Positions 60,105 through 64,000 of a stretch of 64,000 nucleotides of DNA are shown piece by piece. A program made the translations under genes and the position numbers. The notes beneath the pieces were generated by a model that ran no database searches, was not told where the DNA came from, and saw only the letters and a program-made list of their open reading frames with translations. The stretch comes from Lama guanicoe (Eukaryota), in the NCBI GenBank assembly GCA_013239625.1, contig MU054001.1, forward strand, positions 1,367,884 through 1,431,883, written 5' to 3'. Numbering within the stretch: the first letter of the stretch is position 1; each line of letters starts with the position of its first letter.

Positions 60105-63100
60105 TCTAGAGTCTTGATGTCTGTGATCTGATAGAGATGCCTGGGGCACATATTAGTGAGGACCCAAGCAGAATAAAATAATCAAGATGTCATGTGACTA
60201 ATACCTAGTAAAGTCATGTGACTAATACCAGCAGAGAACATAATAAAATAATTAATGCTAAATTATTTGATAAGCAGCTCCCACCCGCAAAAGCATATTG
60301 TTATGAGAAATCATATGTTCACATCTGTGATACTCCAAAGCTTCAGGCTGCTTCATTCTAGAGGATCTTAATGATAACGGAGAGAGAAAACGCCCCAAGG
60401 AAAAAAGAACAGAAACATTTTAAGGAGGTTTTTCATGTCTCTCTGGTCAAATCACCCACAACGTCACTTTAAAAAGAAATGATGTTTAAACTACAAAGAC
60501 AACAACGTTCAGGCAGTTTTAACGCCACGGAGTATGGATGTTCCAATAAACCATCATCTTTATAGGCTCACAGGCGGGTTGACTGCTTTGCCCTCGAACT
60601 TTCATCCTCGCACTCTTCTCAATATGGCACCAATAAAGTTCTGACCGACAAACAGAGACAGTAATTGCAATCAGTGTTTCCTGGTGACTCCCATATATCC
60701 AGCACCTTTGAAATGTGTTCATTAAAATGTTTCGTTGAAGGTTTGTTTCCCCCATGGGCTGGGTATGAAGGAGGGAACCTGCATGTCTGATAAGATTTTT
60801 ATTGCATAAATACAGCATTGCTCGCTTTCTCAATAAAATCAACTTGTAATGATCTATAGCAACTGCAACTGATTACTGTTGCCCCGTGTGATTATGGAAA
60901 CAAGCAGAGGCAACCGGCTCCTATTTGCCCTTAAACACTGCAAGGATTTTAAGTGTCTCAGTGTGTTTGCTGCATTCCCAGCACCACTAACCAAACACTT
61001 TTTTTTTACAAAAAGTAGAAGAGTAGAAGATGTGACAAAATACCAAAGAACACCTAAGTTTAAACATCAACTTTAAAATGTCCAAAACTTTCCCCTGCCC
61101 CTGCAAATTAACCAATTTGATTTATTTCTACTAACTAGTTCTTGAGAGAAAATTTATTCCATTTAATAAAAGATAAATGCCGTGAAATGTTTGGTTTGCA
61201 TTCTTAAAGCTGTATGCAACCACTGTTACACAGAAAACAAAGACAGAAGCCTGAGCGTGAAGGAAGGATATATCACTTGAAATTTTCTGCCATATTTAAT
61301 AGCATATAACATTAATATTGTAAGTCAATAATATTTCAATGCTATGTAAGTATACAGTCATCACCACCACACATTAAAAAATAGCCCTATTACCTATTCC
61401 CTATTCCCTCAGCCAAGTGTTAAAATTTCTAAGACTCTGGCCCTGGCAACTATTTTCTCAGTTCCCTTAACCCCAAACTTAGAGGGGCTTAAGCAGCCCT
61501 TTCTATCCATATCAGAGATCTCTTGAGGCAGGAGAAACCTGGAAGTTGCAGGTGGTCAGCTGGCATATGGAGCCTAATGATGCTCTCTGGCCAGCACTGG
61601 TCAATGACATTCCAGTGTCTGGGACAAGGAAGCCTTCTTTTCTTTTTTTTTTTTTTTTTTTTAATGAAGAGAGAAGGAAGGGGAAAGGGGAACATATGAG
61701 AAGACACATTCTAGAAGGGACATGGCATGGTGGGTATATAAGAACATAACTGATTCTGAGTGGTAAGAGTATTACATGAAGGACAGGGATATGAAGGAGG
61801 AGAGGCCCAGAGAGGTGGGGAGAGGCCAGGACATGGATGGTGTGGTGAGGAATCTAAACTTACTCTGGGGGCAATGGTAGACACTGAAGATGACTTTTTC
61901 ATAGGTCAGATCTGTTTTTCAGAATGATTCCTCTGGAAGGCAGACACGTCTATGTGCAGAGTTTGGATAATTTTTCTGGATAGGCTTCCAAAGTAAGTTG
62001 CAAATGGCATAAGCCAGAGAACATCTGGGTAACACTCCTGAAGGACTCCATCCCACAGAAAGAAAGGTTAGCCAAGGAGCTCTACCATTTAGCACTACTT
62101 TCTTTGACTGGCTGTGATGAACAAGGAGTCAGGCTGGCTGCTGACACGGAGCACACTCCTTAGCCCCTAGGGAGTGAGTGGTCCGAAGAAATGAAGAATA
62201 TGGAAGTTTGAAGGAAAAAAAATTGTCCTAATCAGTCTCAGCTCAGAATCTATAACAAGAAGCTGATCTTAGATGCCTTGAAATAAGCCATTCAGGACAA
62301 ATGTAGTCCCCTGACACAGACAAATTATACAATTAATTGTAAGTCTTCTGGGATTTCAGGGGAAATATTGAAAACTCTTTACTGAAAAAAAAATCTAAAG
62401 CCTTTCAACATGATGTCTGGCTCTGTCAGCTTTCAGATTAAGCATTTGAAAAAAAAATGTTTTAAGATATAAATACTCACATCCATAGGAGAACCTCATT
62501 ATATCATGTTTCATGGACTTGGGGGAAAAAAGGAAAAGTGAGAAAGGGAGAGAAAAACTGCTCTGGGGGCTCTTGGCTACAGCTTCAAGACCACGACATT
62601 ATCTGAAATAAAATATGAAATGAGGAGACGAAGCAGAGATGCTCCTAGAATAAGACATTCTCCAAACCAGAGTGTTGAACAAGAGAGGCTGCAATTCTGT
62701 GGGCAACCTCAGGAAAATACAGAGAGAGCCATGGAGACTTACAGGAAACCCTGATGTTGTAAATAGCACAGACGACCAGAACCAAACTGGATTAATTAAA
62801 AGAGAATAATTATTTCACATAGCTTTAGGCAAAGCTTTATCCAAGGTTCAAGATACACGTCCAAGACCTAGTTTCTCTCCTTCTCAAAGCTCCTGAAAAA
62901 GAAAGAGGGCAGTCACAAATGCTGGATGCAATCACTTCAGGGCCATGAGAAGTCCGTCCGCCTCAAGAGAAGAAAGCTCAAAGGAGACAAATGTGGAGGG
63001 GAAGAAGTTGGAAACTGACCGCACTATTATTGTCAAAACAAGGTTCACTTGAAGTCAGTGAGACTGGTCCTACAGTGGCCATAATATAGTTGAACAGCAC

Positions 63101-63239
63101 AAACTACTCAAGAATAAAAGATATCTACTGATTTGGGGCAAAAAAAAAAAAACTTACTGATTTTGCATTATACGCAGAAAGAAGGGTCAAGACACAAACC
63201 ATGACATCAAAGAGCTTACAATTCTAATTCAAATATGTG

Positions 63240-64000
63240 CAAAACTATTGTATGGCCTTAGAAGTCAAAACAGTGGTTACTGTTGGGGGGAAGAATACAC
63301 TGGAAGGGAATATTTCTGGAGTACTAAGATGTTTTATTTATTGATCTGGGTGCTAGTTACACAGATACGTTCACTCTGTGACAATTTACCAAACTATGTG
63401 TTTATGATATTTGTAATATTTCAATAATTCAAAATAAAAACTTCAATAGATTGGTTGGAAGATAAAGTTAAGGACATCTCCGACAGTATATTTTTTAAAG
63501 TACAAAAACATTTTTAGAATAAGAGAATAAATAAGAAAACTAGAGGAACAGTCCAGAAGGTTCAAAGATCAAACCAAATGAATTCTAGAGAGAAAACTGG
63601 AAAGGAAGAAATAATTAACAAAGTAATTCACGAAAATATCCCTCATTGAAGGATGTGGGTTTCCAGATTGAAAGGACCTACTAAATGCTACTGTAAAATT
63701 ATAAATATCACTGTAAAATTATAAAACACTAGGGAAAATTCTATCAAAAAAGTCACATAAAGGATAAACAAAAAAACAACTCTCAACATGACCACTAGGA
63801 GATGAAAGACAGCGGTACAATGCCCTCCAAATCCTGAAGGAAAATTATTTCCTGCCAAGATTTCCATACCAAAAGTATCTATACATGTCCATGTAGAATA
63901 AAGACAATTTAAGACATTCAAGGTCTCAAAAATTTACCTTCTAACTGTTAAAGGAAACACTCCATCAAAATAAAGAAACAAATCAGGAAAGAGAAAGACA
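63240..64000 (+). mobile_element. Old L1 fragments (3'UTR piece followed by ORF1-like piece), running off the window
   Basis: ttagaagtcaaaacagtggttac...gatctgggtgctagttacacag; ttccagattgaaaggacc...aatcctgaaggaaaattatttcc. Confidence 0.65.

Noticed and set aside
54296..64000. FTO exon 3
   Set aside because: No long FTO-like frame in the ORF track or by eye; it presumably lies right of the window.
1..64000. CRISPR array, operon or other novel multi-gene system
   Set aside because: The sequence is mammalian intronic DNA; there are no regularly spaced repeats or long ORFs, and the remaining short ORFs are consistent with chance.

Overview
Mammalian genomic DNA, very probably camelid (alpaca/llama/camel) because several copies of a tRNA-Ala-like SINE resemble the camelid vic-1 family. 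The whole window lies inside the FTO gene (2-oxoglutarate/Fe(II)-dependent nucleic-acid demethylase), transcribed on the minus strand. Four coding exons are resolved at base level with canonical AG/GT sites: exon 4 (54150-54293), exon 5 (33177-33256), exon 6 (25463-25606) and exon 7 (18063-18182). Exon numbering comes from my recollection of the human gene. The rest is intronic: an RPL34 processed pseudogene, young and old L1s, L2, MIR, Tigger/hAT MITEs, LTRs, microsatellites and repeat-poor blocks that look like conserved non-coding elements. Repeat family names are from memory of consensus sequences, not from a search. Almost all ORFs in the supplied track are spurious or repeat-derived. I found no evidence for a new multi-gene system. 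The most interesting observations are a perfect non-tandem 245-bp duplication near exon 4, a solo LTR ending 8 nt from the exon 6 donor, an L1 just upstream of the exon 4 acceptor, a Cys-to-Trp change in exon 7, a poly(A)-only insertion scar and several nested transposon stacks.
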